This document shows, one piece after another, positions 25,178 through 39,030 of a DNA stretch of 64,000 bases. The stretch comes from Octopus vulgaris. Its lineage: Eukaryota. The notes under the pieces were generated by a model, which searched no databases, was not told the origin of the DNA, and saw nothing but the letters and a program-made list of their open reading frames with translations. How positions within the stretch are numbered: position 1 is the first letter of the stretch; each line of letters opens with the position of its first letter. The position numbers and the translations under genes are program-made. The stretch covers positions 36,518,001 through 36,582,000 of the forward strand of contig OX597833.1 of the NCBI GenBank assembly GCA_951406725.2, in the 5' to 3' direction.

Positions 25178-25345
25178 TATATAACTCAAGATGAGAAATC
25201 AACCCGCGACTCGAGTTTCACGCCACTAATACGAAACATGAGTCGCTAGACAAACTCTCTGCTTCAGTTTTAAAACAAAAAAGTATCCTCTACATTTTTT
25301 GAACACTCCTTTCCCATTCGCTCTGCATTAAGCAACGTACCTTGG

Positions 25346-25571
25346 TACTCTCTTTACTCTTTACTCTTTCACTTGTTTCAGTCATTTGACCGCGTCCATG
25401 CTGGAGCACCGGCTTTAGTCGAGCAAATCGACCCGAGGACTTATTCTTTGTAAGCCTAGTACTAATTCTATCGGTCTCTTTTTGCTGAACCGCTAAGTTA
25501 CGGGGACGCAAACACACCAGCATCGGTTGTCAAGCGATGTTGGGGGTACAAACACAGACACACAAACACAT

Positions 25572-25634
<63 letters not shown>

Positions 25635-25800
25635 TATATATATACATATATACGACGGGCTTCTTTCAGTTTCCGTCTACGAAATCTATTCACAAGGCTT
25701 TGGTCGGCCCGAGGCTATAGTAGAAAACACTTGCCCAAGGTGAACCCGGAACCATGTGGTTGGTAAGCAAGCTACTTACCACACAGCCACTCCTGCGCCT
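25346..25800 (-). mobile_element. SINE family B, full length
   Basis: Reverse complement of 49838-50283, including the internal (CA)n/(TA)n and (TTTACTC)n tail. Confidence 0.92.
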
Positions 25801-25804
25801 ATTA

Positions 25805-27300
25805 CTATTTGTGTGGAGATTTCCAATTGATATCAGTATCTTGCGTGTTTTAACAAACCAGTCAAGTATCCCAATTTTTGGAATCAGCACTGGTATATTG
25901 TGGAATATTCTCTTGCTGTAAAGAGGAGAGTTCCAACTGCTATATTTTTCGAAATCCGGTATATTCTCGGGTCACTCTATCTTTGTTCAGTACCTTCTGA
26001 TGATATGTTTTCATTAATGCCTAGGTATTTGTAGCATTCTATATGAAACATGAGAGATAGTGGGACCATTGATGCACAGGCTTTGTGTCTGGGAGACTGA
26101 TTTTCCTCATTCAGCTATCAAATATGGACATTTCTTTTGTTCAAATTCCATTTCTATGTCAGCCGAAAATGTTGTTATTAATTCTAGCTGTTTTATTTTT
26201 CTTTTATTTTTTGGCATTGATAACCTTTTTAGCATAAATCCTGAGGTCATCCACAGAGAAATTATAGATTACATTAATATCTGTAACGGTTGTAGACCCT
26301 AGCATGAGGCCATTTGTTTTTTTGTAGCAAGATGGATAATGGATTTAATGCCAAAATGGACAGAATTACAGAGAGACTATCTCTTTGGAATATTCCCTTT
26401 GAAATATTTATAACATTGGAGATGATCGTTCTTCTCTCAGTTCTAAGTGTAAGAATTGTTGCCCAGGTCTTTGTGAGCTTCTCAATAGCAGCAATTAAGA
26501 TCGCAGGCACTTTTGCAAATGGAGACACTTCATGAGTGAGGAATAGAGTCGATTGCCTTCCTATAATCAAGCTATAGTGTTGTAATGTTCCTACGATGTT
26601 TTTTTTTTTTACTTCATTCAGTCGAGCTCTGTTTCTCAGAAGTTGTTCGGCATATCTCCACACTCACTTCTTTCCACCGGCTTGCTTATCAGTCACTATG
26701 TTGTTGGATTCACACTAATCATGGAAGAATAGGTTGAGACAGCTTGTGTACAGTTTCTAAGTAGGATTTAAGCAAGCAATAGGCCTCTAGTTTTCAACCA
26801 GCTCGGTGGTTTTATTCTTGGCTACAAGATTTATCCGTATTATAGCAAGCCAATGTGGTATGTCAATCAGACCTTCCATAGTACTTCTGAATAAACATAT
26901 TAGTGGTTTCCTGTAAAATGTCGGCCTCCCATACCAGTGTCCAACTCTTAAGTACCTTCTAGATGCTTTCCCATTATGCAGTTTGCCTGCAGTTATACTG
27001 AAAATTTCAGGGTCAATTGCATGTTTTATTATAGATGATGGTACAGAATTCTCTCTTTACGGAATTTAGTCACAATGCGTTAAGATTGAAATCCTTCTTT
27101 TCATTCCAGGTTTTCAACCAGAATGATTCAAGATCTTCTTGAGATGAAGCTTTCTTAATTGTAATATTTCCCTTACTCATCATTCTGTATAATGTCTGTG
27201 GTTTAGAAGCAAACTTGTGATTTATACCGGCACGTTCAAAAATTCGCCTGCAGTGGCGAAGATTTTCGCTTGGCGTCCTGAGTTTATGTTTTAGAGTAAA
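25805..27300 (-). mobile_element. Decayed R4/Dong-clade non-LTR retrotransposon RT region (may extend to ~28090)
   Basis: Minus-strand motifs in order: RPIACLN..KLYTSCL, KQAGGKK..W...EQLL, KGIFQRDSLS...LALNPLS (R4-type GIFQGDSLS), SVDDLRIYA, FSADIEMEF...KC, YKYLGI, GILDW. Many stops and frameshifts. Confidence 0.8.
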
Positions 27301-28389
27301 CTTCCCTCAAAAGTTTGGCGTGAAAAGTCACCATAGTTTTGTTAATTCATTCATAAAATGTAATCAATGAGATGTACATTCATTATTCCTCTTACATGTT
27401 ATTATCGTGGTTAACAATCCAATATGGTGACGCAGATTTTTGATGTTTTCTTCAACTTTTATTTTCCATCGAAATTACTTCCGTTTAGTAGTTTCATTAC
27501 GATGCATACCGCAAATTTCTCCTAGAGGTTCTATAAGAGTGAAAGTAGCTAATATACCAGTAATTAACATCAATTGATTCCATGTGCTCTCCAGCGATAT
27601 CGTCGATAACTTCCAACATTTTTATATTGAAAGTTGAATTTTTTAAAATCTTATTAAGGAAAGCATGATAGATTCGAAAAGTAGAAAACTATGAACTGTG
27701 GTTTCAGGATGTTTCTGTGTTGAATATATTCCACAGAAGTCTCCGTTGAGGAGATACGAGAGTTTAGTGAATTTGGTGGTGGCTGTTTATTTACATTACT
27801 TTCGATCTCTCTTCTGGCAGGTTCTGGCCACTTCTCAGTGTTTTGACAAAATCAATACACATTACATCACGCAAACAAACCAAATCTTTAAAAATATGCT
27901 TATTACCGAAGCTGTTTCGAAATAAAAGTGCTTTAAGTTGGAGTGAGATTCGTCCCAGTATGTTTTTAACTGCTTCATATATTCGATACAAGATTCTTCA
28001 CGGGCTTTTTCTAGCATCGAAGTAGATCTTGGTTTAGATGTAGAGTCCAGTAAAAATGAGAGGGGTACTTACGTCTTCTTAGATAGCTTACTGGTGCTGT
28101 AGTGCTGTTTTCGTTGGTAGTATTGTTATTAATTTCAGCCAGGATCGTGCTAGCAAACATCCACGTGGTATAAGGTATATTTTTAAAACCCGGTCTGAAT
28201 AACGCTGCATTGGAAAGTGAAAGGTGCTTCGTTTATTTATAATGGGAGAAATAAACCAGTTTACTGATTTAGGCTGGAGAAAAAAACGTTCAAATGTAGA
28301 AAATATTCAAAAGGAAACTTTAAATGGCCCTATACACTTGCACGTATGATGTTGACGGCGCCATTTTGTATGTATAAATGTATGTATGC

Positions 28390-28422
<33 letters not shown>

Positions 28423-28662
28423 TGTATGTATGTATGTATGTATGTATGTATGTATGTATCGGCCTGTTTTTCTGTCAAGTTATTCTGCCTGACCTCTATG
28501 TGTGTGTGTGTCTGTGTGTGAACGTGATTATATTGTCTGTGTGTCTGTGTGTCTGCCTTAAAAATATGCCTGGGTATAAAATCTCTCCCCCCACTCACTC
28601 TCTCCTGCCCTTTTCTATCTGTCTATGACTCGCTTTCCCTCTCCCTTACTCTCTACCTCCCC

Positions 28663-28771
<109 letters not shown>

Positions 28772-28950
28772 TCTCATTCTCTTCTCTTTTTCTGCGAGTA
28801 TCTAAGGTGCATAGATGGATGGATTGTTGTGCGATGGCACGCATGGATACGCATGTATGTTTATGTTCTCCCTGAATGTTAGTGTTTGTGTGTTGTGCAT
28901 GTTTATGGGTTTACGTATCATATACGCGTCCTCGCGCGCGTGTGTGTATG

Positions 28951-28982
<32 letters not shown>

Positions 28983-29119
28983 TGTGTGCGTGTGTGCGTG
29001 TGTGTGTGTGTGTGTTTATGCGCTCCTGTGTAGCTTTGTGTGGGTTCCATCGCCAAATATAATAATATCTATGAGCATAATCTGATGCATTATTGTAAGT
29101 CTAAGAATAACACTGATAG

Positions 29120-30065
29120 TGATTGGGGGTGTTGGTGTTGGTGATGGTGGCGTTGTTGATGGTGGTGGTGATGCTGATGCTGCCGGTGCTGCTGCCTGTG
29201 CTGGTAGTATCGACGTCGGTGGTGGTGTTGCTCATGGTGGTGATGGTAGTGTTGGCAGCAGTGCCGGTGATATTGGTGTTGCTGATGTTGGTGTTGATGG
29301 TGCTGCTGGTGCTGGTGCTGGTGGTAGCGGCATCAGATGAAATGTTGTTGGCGGTGGTACTGGTTGTGGTGGTGGTGGTGGTACTGGTTGTGGTGGTGGT
29401 GTTGGTGCTGGCGTTGTAGCTGCTTTTGGTGGTGATGGTAGTGATGGTGGTAGTGATGGTGGTGGTGGTGGTGGTGGTGGTGATAGTGGTGGTGATGGTA
29501 GCGATGGTGGTGATGGTAGTGATGGTAGTGGTAGCGATGGTGGTGTTGGTGGTGTTGGTGGTGGTGATGGTGGTGATGGTAGTGATGGTGGTGGTGGTGG
29601 TAGTGGTGGTAGTGGTGGTGATGGTAGTGATGGTGGTGGTGGTGGTGCTGGTGGTGGTGGTGGTGGTGGTGGTGGTGGTAGTGGTGGTGATGGCAGTGAT
29701 GGTGGTGGTAGCGATGGTGGTGGTGGTGGTGTTGGTGGTGTTGGTGGTGGTGATGGTGGTAATGGTAGTGATGGTGGTGGTGGTGTTGGTGGTGTTGGTG
29801 GTGGTGATGGTGGTGATGGTAGTGATGGTGGTGTTGGTGGTGGTGGTGGTGGTAGTGGTGGTGATGGTAGCGATGGTGGTGGTGGTGGTGGTGTTGGTGG
29901 TGGTGGTGGTGGTGGTGCTATTGCTGCTGATAGTGGTAGTGCCGGTGTCAAAGAAGGTGTTGGTAGTGGTATTAGTGGTGGTGGGGTGAACGGGGGCGTG
30001 GACTGGTGGTGGTGGTGGTGGTCATGATGGTGGTAGTCGTGGTGACGTGGTGGTGGTCGTCGTCG
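29120..30065. repeat. Degenerate (GGT)n trinucleotide array with higher-order units
   Basis: GGT interspersed with GAT/AGT/GTT/GCT; recurring block GGTGTTGGTGGTGTTGGTGGTGGTGATGGTGGTGATGGTAGTGAT. Confidence 0.9.
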
Positions 30066-30324
30066 TTGTTATCGTCGTCTTTATAGTTGTTGTGATTGTG
30101 GATGCTATTGTTGGTGGTAGAAGATAATGGTAACAAAATTAGCTCTGCTGGTAGTAGAGGTAGTGGTGGCCATATCAGGGTGCTGTTGAAGATGATAATG
30201 GTGGAGTATGAGCTAACGCTTTCGTCATGGTGTTGGTGGTGGTGCTGGTGCTGGTGGTGTCGATGCTGTGTGGGGTACGACAGTGTCACGATGACTGATG
30301 TAGAAATAATTAAGTCGCTGCTCG

Positions 30325-30325
30325 T

Positions 30326-30410
<85 letters not shown>

Positions 30411-30418
30411 GCTGCTAC

Positions 30419-30452
<34 letters not shown>

Positions 30453-30479
30453 GAGTGAGAGAGCAGTTCATGCCATCAA

Positions 30480-30533
<54 letters not shown>
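30325..30533. repeat. (TAC)n-(ATT)n compound microsatellite containing a 27-bp retroelement remnant at 30453-30479
   Basis: GAGTGAGAGAGCAGTTCATGCCATCAA is the reverse complement of the 3' end of the 47447-48001 element. Confidence 0.85.
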
Positions 30534-30534
<1 letters not shown>

Positions 30535-30537
30535 TCA

Positions 30538-30931
30538 AGGCAGCGGACTGGTAGAACCGTCAGCACGCCGGTCGAAATGCTTAGCGGTATTTCGTCTGCG
30601 TTACGTTGTGAGTTCAAATTCCGCCGAGGTCGACTTTGCCTTTCATCCTTTCGGGGTCGATAAATTAAGTACCAGTTACGCACTGGGGTTGATGTAATCG
30701 ACTTAATACCTATGTCTGTCCTTGTTTGTCCCCTCTGTGTTTAGCTCCTTGTGGGTAATAAAGAAATAGGTATTTCGTCCGTCTTTACGTTCTGAGTTTA
30801 AATTCCGACGAGGTCGACGTTGCCTTTTAACCTTTCTTGGTCGATAAAATAAGTACCATTTGAATACTGGGATCGATGTAATCGCCTGTCTTCTCCTTCA
30901 AATCTCAGGTCATGTGTCTATAGTAGAAAGG

Positions 30932-31006
<75 letters not shown>

Positions 31007-31463
31007 ATTATTATTATTATTGAAGGCGGCGAGCTGGCAGAATCGTTAGCACGCAGGACGAAATGCTATGTAGTATTTCACCCGTCGCTACATTCTGAGT
31101 TCAAATTACGCCGAGGTCGACTTTGCCTTTCATCCTTCCGGGGTCGATAAAAGAAGTACCAGTTGTGTACTGGGGTCGATGTAATCGACTCATTCCCACC
31201 TCTCCCAAGCTGCATTTGTGGCAAAAATTTGAAATAATTATTATTAAGGTGGTGAGCTGGCAGAATCGTTAGCACGCCGGGCGAAATGCTGAGTGGCATT
31301 TCGTCTGTCACCACGTTCTGAGTTCAAATGCCGCAGGAGTCGGCTTTGCCTTTCATCCTTTCGAAGTCGATAGATTAAGTACCAGTTCTGTACTGGGGTC
31401 GATGTAGTCGACTATTCCCCACCCCATAAATTTCGAACCTTGTGTCTATAGTAGAAAGGATTA
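30538..31463 (+). mobile_element. Cluster of SINE family A copies: dimer 30538-30934, monomers 31023-31232 and 31246-31463, separated by (ATT)n
   Basis: Repeated heads AAGGCGGCGAGCTGGCAGAATCGTTAGCACG; dimer junction AAAGAAATA|GGTATTTCGTC at 30769. Confidence 0.92.
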
Positions 31464-31527
31464 ATATTGTTGTTGCTGTTGTTGTTGCTCTTGATCTTGG
31501 TTATTGCATAATTTCAATGTTTATATT

Positions 31528-31705
31528 GTTTAGCTGTCAACCGAAATTAAAGAAATCTATGATCAAAGGCGTCCGGACCCTGACCCTCTCTTCTGAATTA
31601 TGTTGGACTACATGAATGTCTCCAGTCCTTCTACAAAACGGCTGTGAGTGACTTGAGGGGAAACGTGGCTGTTATTTCTTCTCGGTCGAGCAACAACGTA
31701 GAGGC
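31528..31705 (+). repeat. Old dispersed repeat family E (other copies ~34085-34260, ~62885-63090, ~63692-63920, fragments ~28130 and ~51130)
   Basis: Shared blocks TATGATCAAAGGC.TCC..CCGTGACC, AGGACTACA, GGTAGGGTGTGATTTGAGGG...TGGCTG.TATTTCT, GACCACGTAGAG. Confidence 0.6.
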
Positions 31706-32237
31706 TTCTTCTTGTTGTTAGTGGTGGTGGTGGTGGTGGTGGTGTTAGTGGCGTCAGAGGACGTGTTGTTGTTGGTGGTGGTGGTGGCAGCGGCGCTGGT
31801 GGTGGTGGTGGTCGTCGTCGTCGTCGTCGTCGCCGTCGTGGTTGTAGTACTGGTGATACTGCTTGTGATGAATTGATGAATATGATTGTTTTTGCATCTT
31901 AAACGATGATAGTAGTCGTAGTCATAGTCATAGGAACACTAGTGGTGGCGGTGGAAGCGCCGGTGTTGTTGCTTTTGAGGTGGTGGTGGTGATTGACAGT
32001 GGCGGTGCTGCCGTTGTCGCTGTCGTTGGTGGCCGTGGTGCTTGTAGCAGCATTCGCAGTGTGTGTGTGTGTGGTGCTGGTGCTGGTGTTGGTGGTGATG
32101 GTGGCGGTGCTGCCGGTATCGATGGGCGGCCGTGGTGTTTGTTTGTAGCAGCAACGATGGTGGGTCTACGGTGGTAATGGTGGTGGTGATGGTGGTGATG
32201 GTGGTGATGAGTGTGTGTCGTTATTGTCATCGTCATA

Positions 32238-32238
32238 G

Positions 32239-32271
<33 letters not shown>

Positions 32272-32287
32272 CGATGATGATGACGAC

Positions 32288-32319
<32 letters not shown>

Positions 32320-32407
32320 CGATGATGATGATGATGATGATGATGACGATGCCGATGACGATGACGACGACGACGACGACGACGATGATGATGATGATGA
32401 TGATGAT
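32238..32407. repeat. (GAT)n/(GAC)n microsatellite
   Basis: Direct reading; source of the poly-D/poly-M/poly-S ORFs. Confidence 0.95.
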
Positions 32408-32503
32408 CGCGGTGGCATCAGTGTCGGCATCGAAACTTATTAAATGCCGGTGATTGTTGCGGCGGGTGTGATGGAGAAAAGAACAGAAAGGAAAAGAAAG
32501 CAG

Positions 32504-32534
<31 letters not shown>

Positions 32535-32744
32535 CGCATGTGTGTGTGTGCGTGTGTGCGTGTGTGCAAGAGGGCATGGTTAGGAAGGAACGATGAAGTG
32601 TTGGGAGAGAAGAACTACGGTGAAGGCATGTTGACAATGGCGCAGTATCAGGTAGAAGTGTTGTGGAGGGTGAGGCGTAAATCTTCGTGTTACAATTGTC
32701 TCTTGGCACCACTTCCATTGATTTAGCAGTTTTCTCTCGCAAAA

Positions 32745-33131
<387 letters not shown>

Positions 33132-33299
33132 ATTATATAATAGAAACGAAGAGATTCAAATGTTAGCGATTGTCTGGTATATAGCTGAAGGTATGGGCAA
33201 GTAACGTACGTAAACTGACATCAGGCCGGGTGGAGGAGTCGATAATGAAATTTTCTTACATACGTGATAGGACAGATGTATAGCAGCCGAGCATACATT

Positions 33300-33698
33300 T
33301 GTGAAACGGGTATGAATCTAGGCATATATTGGACTATAGATAGGCGGCTGGCTGGGTAAATAGTAGCAGAGCAATGTGGAAGCGGTATATAGTATTTGGG
33401 GGATATTTGTTAGCCGGGTAAATAGCTCATAAGCATAGGCACGTGCAAAGGTAACCAGATAAATAGCAGCCGATTAAACTGCAGACGACGAGTAAATAGC
33501 AACATTAGCTGATTTGTTCGACGGGTAGATAGCTAATTAACGAAAAAATCGTACGAAACGGACGGCTGAATAGTTGTGCTGAGTGAAGACGGGCAAATAA
33601 AATATTGTGTATTGTTTTTAACCGAGTAAATAGCTGTTTAACATTGAATAAAAGAAAATAGAAAAATGAATTGGATAAAATAGAAAACAAATAAACAA

Positions 33699-33766
<68 letters not shown>

Positions 33767-34042
33767 ATAAATAAATAAATAAATAAGTAAATAAATAAAA
33801 GTAATGATTTAAAAGACACGTGCTGGGAGCAGGAGAAGGTAGTAACGGATGGGTAGCTTGATGACTAATAACAGACGATCGGGTAGATAACTGTGTGAGA
33901 GACATTAACTTGCCATCACACAAGACATTAACTTGGCATCAAATTGGCACATTAACCAATGAAGGATATCCGACGAATAGCAACGGACGGGCTCATGTCA
34001 TCTACACCTGGTGGACAATGAACGGGTAGATAGCTGATTAAC
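33300..34042 (+). repeat. Degenerate array of a ~13-bp motif ACGGGTARATAGC with variable spacers
   Basis: Variants near 33354, 33414, 33458, 33488, 33521, 33562, 33589, 33622, 33879, 33970, 34022. Confidence 0.6.
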
Positions 34043-34499
34043 ACATAAATGAAACATAGAAACCCACCGAAGAGTGATGCAAGAAACATATTCTTCTGAC
34101 CCAATTAAGGTATTCAAGCCGTGGCCATCTCGCATTTGGAGTGGGGTACAGGTATAGTGTATTTAGGACCACGTTTACTAATGTGTATCCCTTTAAGATG
34201 GTAGGATTTGATTTCAGAGAATTTTGGCCGTTCTTCAAGCGACCACGTAAAAGCTCTCTCGTTAACTCTTCCAAAGGGATAAGATGGTGAATCAGTGGAT
34301 GCTTAAATTGTAACTGTCTCACCGCTTCATATTATTATAGTTTAACTTGTTTCTTTTACACTATATATTCTAAATTTCTCTCCCTTTTAAATCTTAATAC
34401 TGCTTTGGTAGACATGTATGTATGTATGTATGTATGTATGTCTGTCTGTCTGTATGTATGTATGTATGTATGTATATATGTGTGTGTGTATATATGTGT

Positions 34500-34590
<91 letters not shown>

Positions 34591-34701
34591 GGAACAAAAC
34601 CGCAATAAGGCAACCGGACAGATAGACAATACAAAGGCGGACAGGAAAAGCAACAATTAGAGGGACAGGAAAAGAAATGACGAGTCATTCATATATATAT
34701 A

Positions 34702-35083
34702 TGGCGCAGGAGTGGCTGTGTGGTAAGTAGCTTGCTTACCAACTACATGGATCTGGGTTCAGTCCCACTGTGTGGGACCTTGGGCAAGTGTCTTCTACTA
34801 TAGCCTCAGGCCGACTAAAGCCTTGTGAGTGGATTTGGTAGACGGAAACTGAAAGAAGCCCATCGTATATATGTATATATATGTATGTGTGTGTGTTTGT
34901 CCCCCCAACATCGCTTGACAACCGATGCTGGCGTGTTTACGTCCCCGTAACTTAGTGGTTCGGCAAAAGAGACCGATAGAATAAGTACTAGGCTTACAAG
35001 GAATAAGACCTGGGGTTGATGTGTTCGATTAAAGGAGGTGCACCAGCATGGCCGCAGTCAAATGACTGAAACAAAGAGTAAAG
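34702..35083 (+). mobile_element. SINE family B, full length
   Basis: GGCGCAGGAGTGGCTGTGTGGTAAG (A box), GGGTTCAGTCCC (B box), CCTTGGGCAAGTG (CORE-like), tail GAAACAAAGAGTAAAGA. Confidence 0.92.
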
Positions 35084-35224
35084 ATTAATATATATATATA
35101 TCGTGCCTACCAAAGCAGTGAACTAATACTCCTGCTTGTTGTTCCCTCACCTGTCTTCGTTTGTTTTCTGTAAATTTTTGAACGATATATACACACACAC
35201 ACACACATGTTAGTATGTATGTAA

Positions 35225-35272
<48 letters not shown>

Positions 35273-37276
35273 GTGTGTGTGTGCGCGCATACACGCATAT
35301 TTACGCACATATACATGCCTGTGCGTGTGTGTGTCTGTGTGTGTGTGTGAGTGTTCGTGCGTGTGTGCTTGTGTATGTATGTGTGTGCAATAAATAAACA
35401 GGTTTGTGAAAGTGAATTCCTACAAAAATTGAGAAAATACTAATCATAAATATACTAATCGTAAATATATATGATATCAGAAAGTAAAAATTCTTTAAAA
35501 GTAACTGTGTTTCTCGCTACCAATTGTTCAAACGATCGGGTTATGGAAGTAGTGCAATAAATAAAATTACTCATAAACACATCGAAATAAGAGTAGACAG
35601 CAGCATAAAGATTTCATTGCTTTCCCAAAGGTAAAAATAGACGTTAGCAAATGCGCTGTATATTCATATGTTCACTTGCCACGAGCAGAACACGCTATGT
35701 TTTCATGTAACCATATGCAAAACCTATTATTTTATGTTTTCATTATCATTCATATAAATTGTTTGTAAGCAAAGGAGGCGACTGATGCTACTGTAGTTTT
35801 GTCGTTAATGAATAAATTAACCAAGAATTATTTGATGTAGCGGCGAATCGTATGACGAAGCATCGGGTTGTTAATTAATAGGACTGGACATTGTAAAATT
35901 CAGAAAAGATTCTGATTCGGTTATTGTCGTATTGGTGGATTCTCTATTTTATAAAGCATGAGGTATATTATCATGCATGGTGTTCAGAAGAGGTTTATCA
36001 ACATTATTTAGAGATAAAATCATATTAGATACGAATCTAAGTATAATTAATTTCTGAGATGTAACTTAAGTTTTAGATACTGATAAGTAAGATCCTTTAA
36101 GAAACTTATAGAGAAATTGTGGTATACTGATATAAATTCCATCCATATTCCAGTAATCCTTTCAAAATTAATAACATTAGAAAACACATATTCAGCTTGT
36201 CTTCGGATAGAAAAAAAATCTTTTCACGGTGTTATTTATTCTTACAACACATTAGTAAATAGTATCTCCTAAAATAGAATAGATTACATTCAGAGCTATA
36301 CTAATTTTCCAAAACATAGAAATTAAACGAACTATTAAATGGCATAATCCACGCCATAGTGTAAATGTAGGTTCTAATATTACCAGGATATTAATAATTC
36401 TTATAAATAATATCTCTTTGCAGACTATGTATATCATAAGATGTTTAATAAAAATGACATTGCTACTTTCTTAGTTAATATTAGCAAAAGAAAACTTTCT
36501 ATTAAGAACATACACAAAACTCTCTTCTTCCGTTTAATTCCAACAACCATAGTAACTTACCTTTTAGTAATTACTTTCAAAGACCAAAGACTTTATTTCT
36601 AAACGACAGTGAAATGAATAGGACTTACCGAATGTTTTTTAAAAGGATTCTCGCAGCACACAAGTGAACAAAGACACACAGAAAAATTCTTCGTTGTTTC
36701 TTTTTCCAAATATGTCTGAATATTAAAAGAAAATAATATCAACAATTACTAATTGGTCTATTAGAAAACAAGTGTCCTCCTACATTATTGGTTTCAGAAG
36801 GTGTGATCCAAGTCTCTCAAAAGAATTTTAACATCCTATTGTATTCTTTTGCAATTTTTAACTGGAAAGCAGAATGAGTGAGTTATTGTAACATTACAGG
36901 AACTGAGTCAACCTTTAAACATTAGTTAAAATTTACCACAAAAAGTTACTCTGGTTTAAAAATAATAAAAAAAAATCTTGTCACAGAGCAATTGCCATTT
37001 TGGAGATTTTCAAAGCTAACTGAAGATAATAACACTTCTATACTCATGAGACTGAACCCAATATCGACACCGGTTACGCTGTCATGGCTGATATCTGTAT
37101 CATTTCTATACTGGAGAGGATCTGCGTGGTGTTGTGCAAGTATTATTGAACCTAGCATTCAACTGTCATTACTAAGTTTGCTCATTAGTGGTCATCTGTC
37201 ATATGTGTGTGCGTATCTGTATACAAACACATGTATATAGACATATATACGTATGCATGTATGTATGTATATATAT

Positions 37277-37802
<526 letters not shown>

Positions 37803-37889
37803 CACACATACGTTTACACAACTTCATAGATATAGATATACACGCAAACATTAATCTTTTTCTGTTTCTCTCCACCTCTCTCTCATACG

Positions 37890-37927
<38 letters not shown>

Positions 37928-38312
37928 TATTTAATAAGCTTTTATGTGGATAACAACATCAACAACGACAAGAACAATATTTCAAAGCTTTAACACATTT
38001 TTATTATTATTCTATTTAATTTAATTCACTTTCTTTAAAACAGAATTTGTATAGAATACGGTTTAGGTGATATTGTCTTTATATAAATTGATTCACGTAT
38101 AGAGTATATTAGTTAAACAATAGAACGTACAGGGCTGGCAGACACACCTATTGCATAAATAGCAACAAGAGATGGTGGAGGAATGGAGGTGGTGGGGCAC
38201 GTTGATATGTCTGCATCTGTTCGTTATAAGCATGCATCTGTTCGTTATAAGTATGTGTGTGTATGTGTTTGTCTCCCTAGCATTGCTTGACAACAGATAT
38301 ATGCATACACTT

Positions 38313-38461
38313 ATACGACGGGCTTCTTTTAGTTTCTCTCTACCAAACCCACTCAGGTTTCAGTTGATCCCCGACTATAGACGAAAACGCTTGCAGAAGG
38401 TGCCACGTGAAACCATGTGATTGGGAAACAGGCTTCTTATCACACAGCCACACCTGCGCCT
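38313..38461 (-). mobile_element. SINE family B, 5' half
   Basis: ATACGACGGGCTTCTTT...CACACAGCCACACCTGCGCC. Confidence 0.75.
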
Positions 38462-38578
38462 ATTTATTTATTGTTCTTTATAACGGAATAATTATAATTG
38501 AATGCGTATAAATAACAGAACACGTTCACTATTTTAGCAAACCTAAATATATAGTGAAACTAATAGAAATGAAACTTT

Positions 38579-38609
<31 letters not shown>

Positions 38610-38618
38610 GTATGTATA

Positions 38619-38922
38619 CCACCGTGACCGACCAGGCTATCAAATGTTGCTACACATCGCTGGTCACAATGCGCTTTGCATTATTTTAGCCTTCAAATGA
38701 CGCCATCCCGCTGGCTAAGCGAGCAGGCCACCAGAAGAAAGAGTGAAAGAGAGAGTTGTGGCGAAAGAGTACAGCAGGGATCGCCACCACCCCCTGCCGG
38801 AGACTCGTGGAGCTTTAGGTGTTTTCGCTCAATAAACTCTCACAACGCCCGGTCTGGGAATCGAAACCGCTATCCTACGACCGCGAGTCCGCTGCCCTGA
38901 CCACTGGGCCACTGCACCTCCA
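38619..38922 (-). mobile_element. SINE family C, full length
   Basis: The reverse complement starts GGAGGTGCAGTGGCCCAGTGGTCAGGGCAGCGGACTCGCGGTCGTAGGATAGCGGTTTCGATTCCC and matches 18650-18931. Confidence 0.9.
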
Positions 38923-38930
38923 CACACACA

Positions 38931-38974
<44 letters not shown>

Positions 38975-38975
38975 G

Positions 38976-39027
<52 letters not shown>

Positions 39028-39030
<3 letters not shown>

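Noticed and set aside
29232-29989. Extensin/formin-like poly-Pro ORF and poly-Val ORF
   Set aside because: Both are alternative readings of the same GGT array, with no flanking domain or splice evidence.
32132-32453. Poly-Asp (aspein-like) ORF, also 63102-63359
   Set aside because: A (GAT)n microsatellite open in several frames; no signal peptide or unique coding flank.
33300-34042. CRISPR-like repeat-spacer appearance
   Set aside because: Repeats are short and degenerate, spacing is irregular, there are no cas genes and the context is eukaryotic. Kept only as a motif array.
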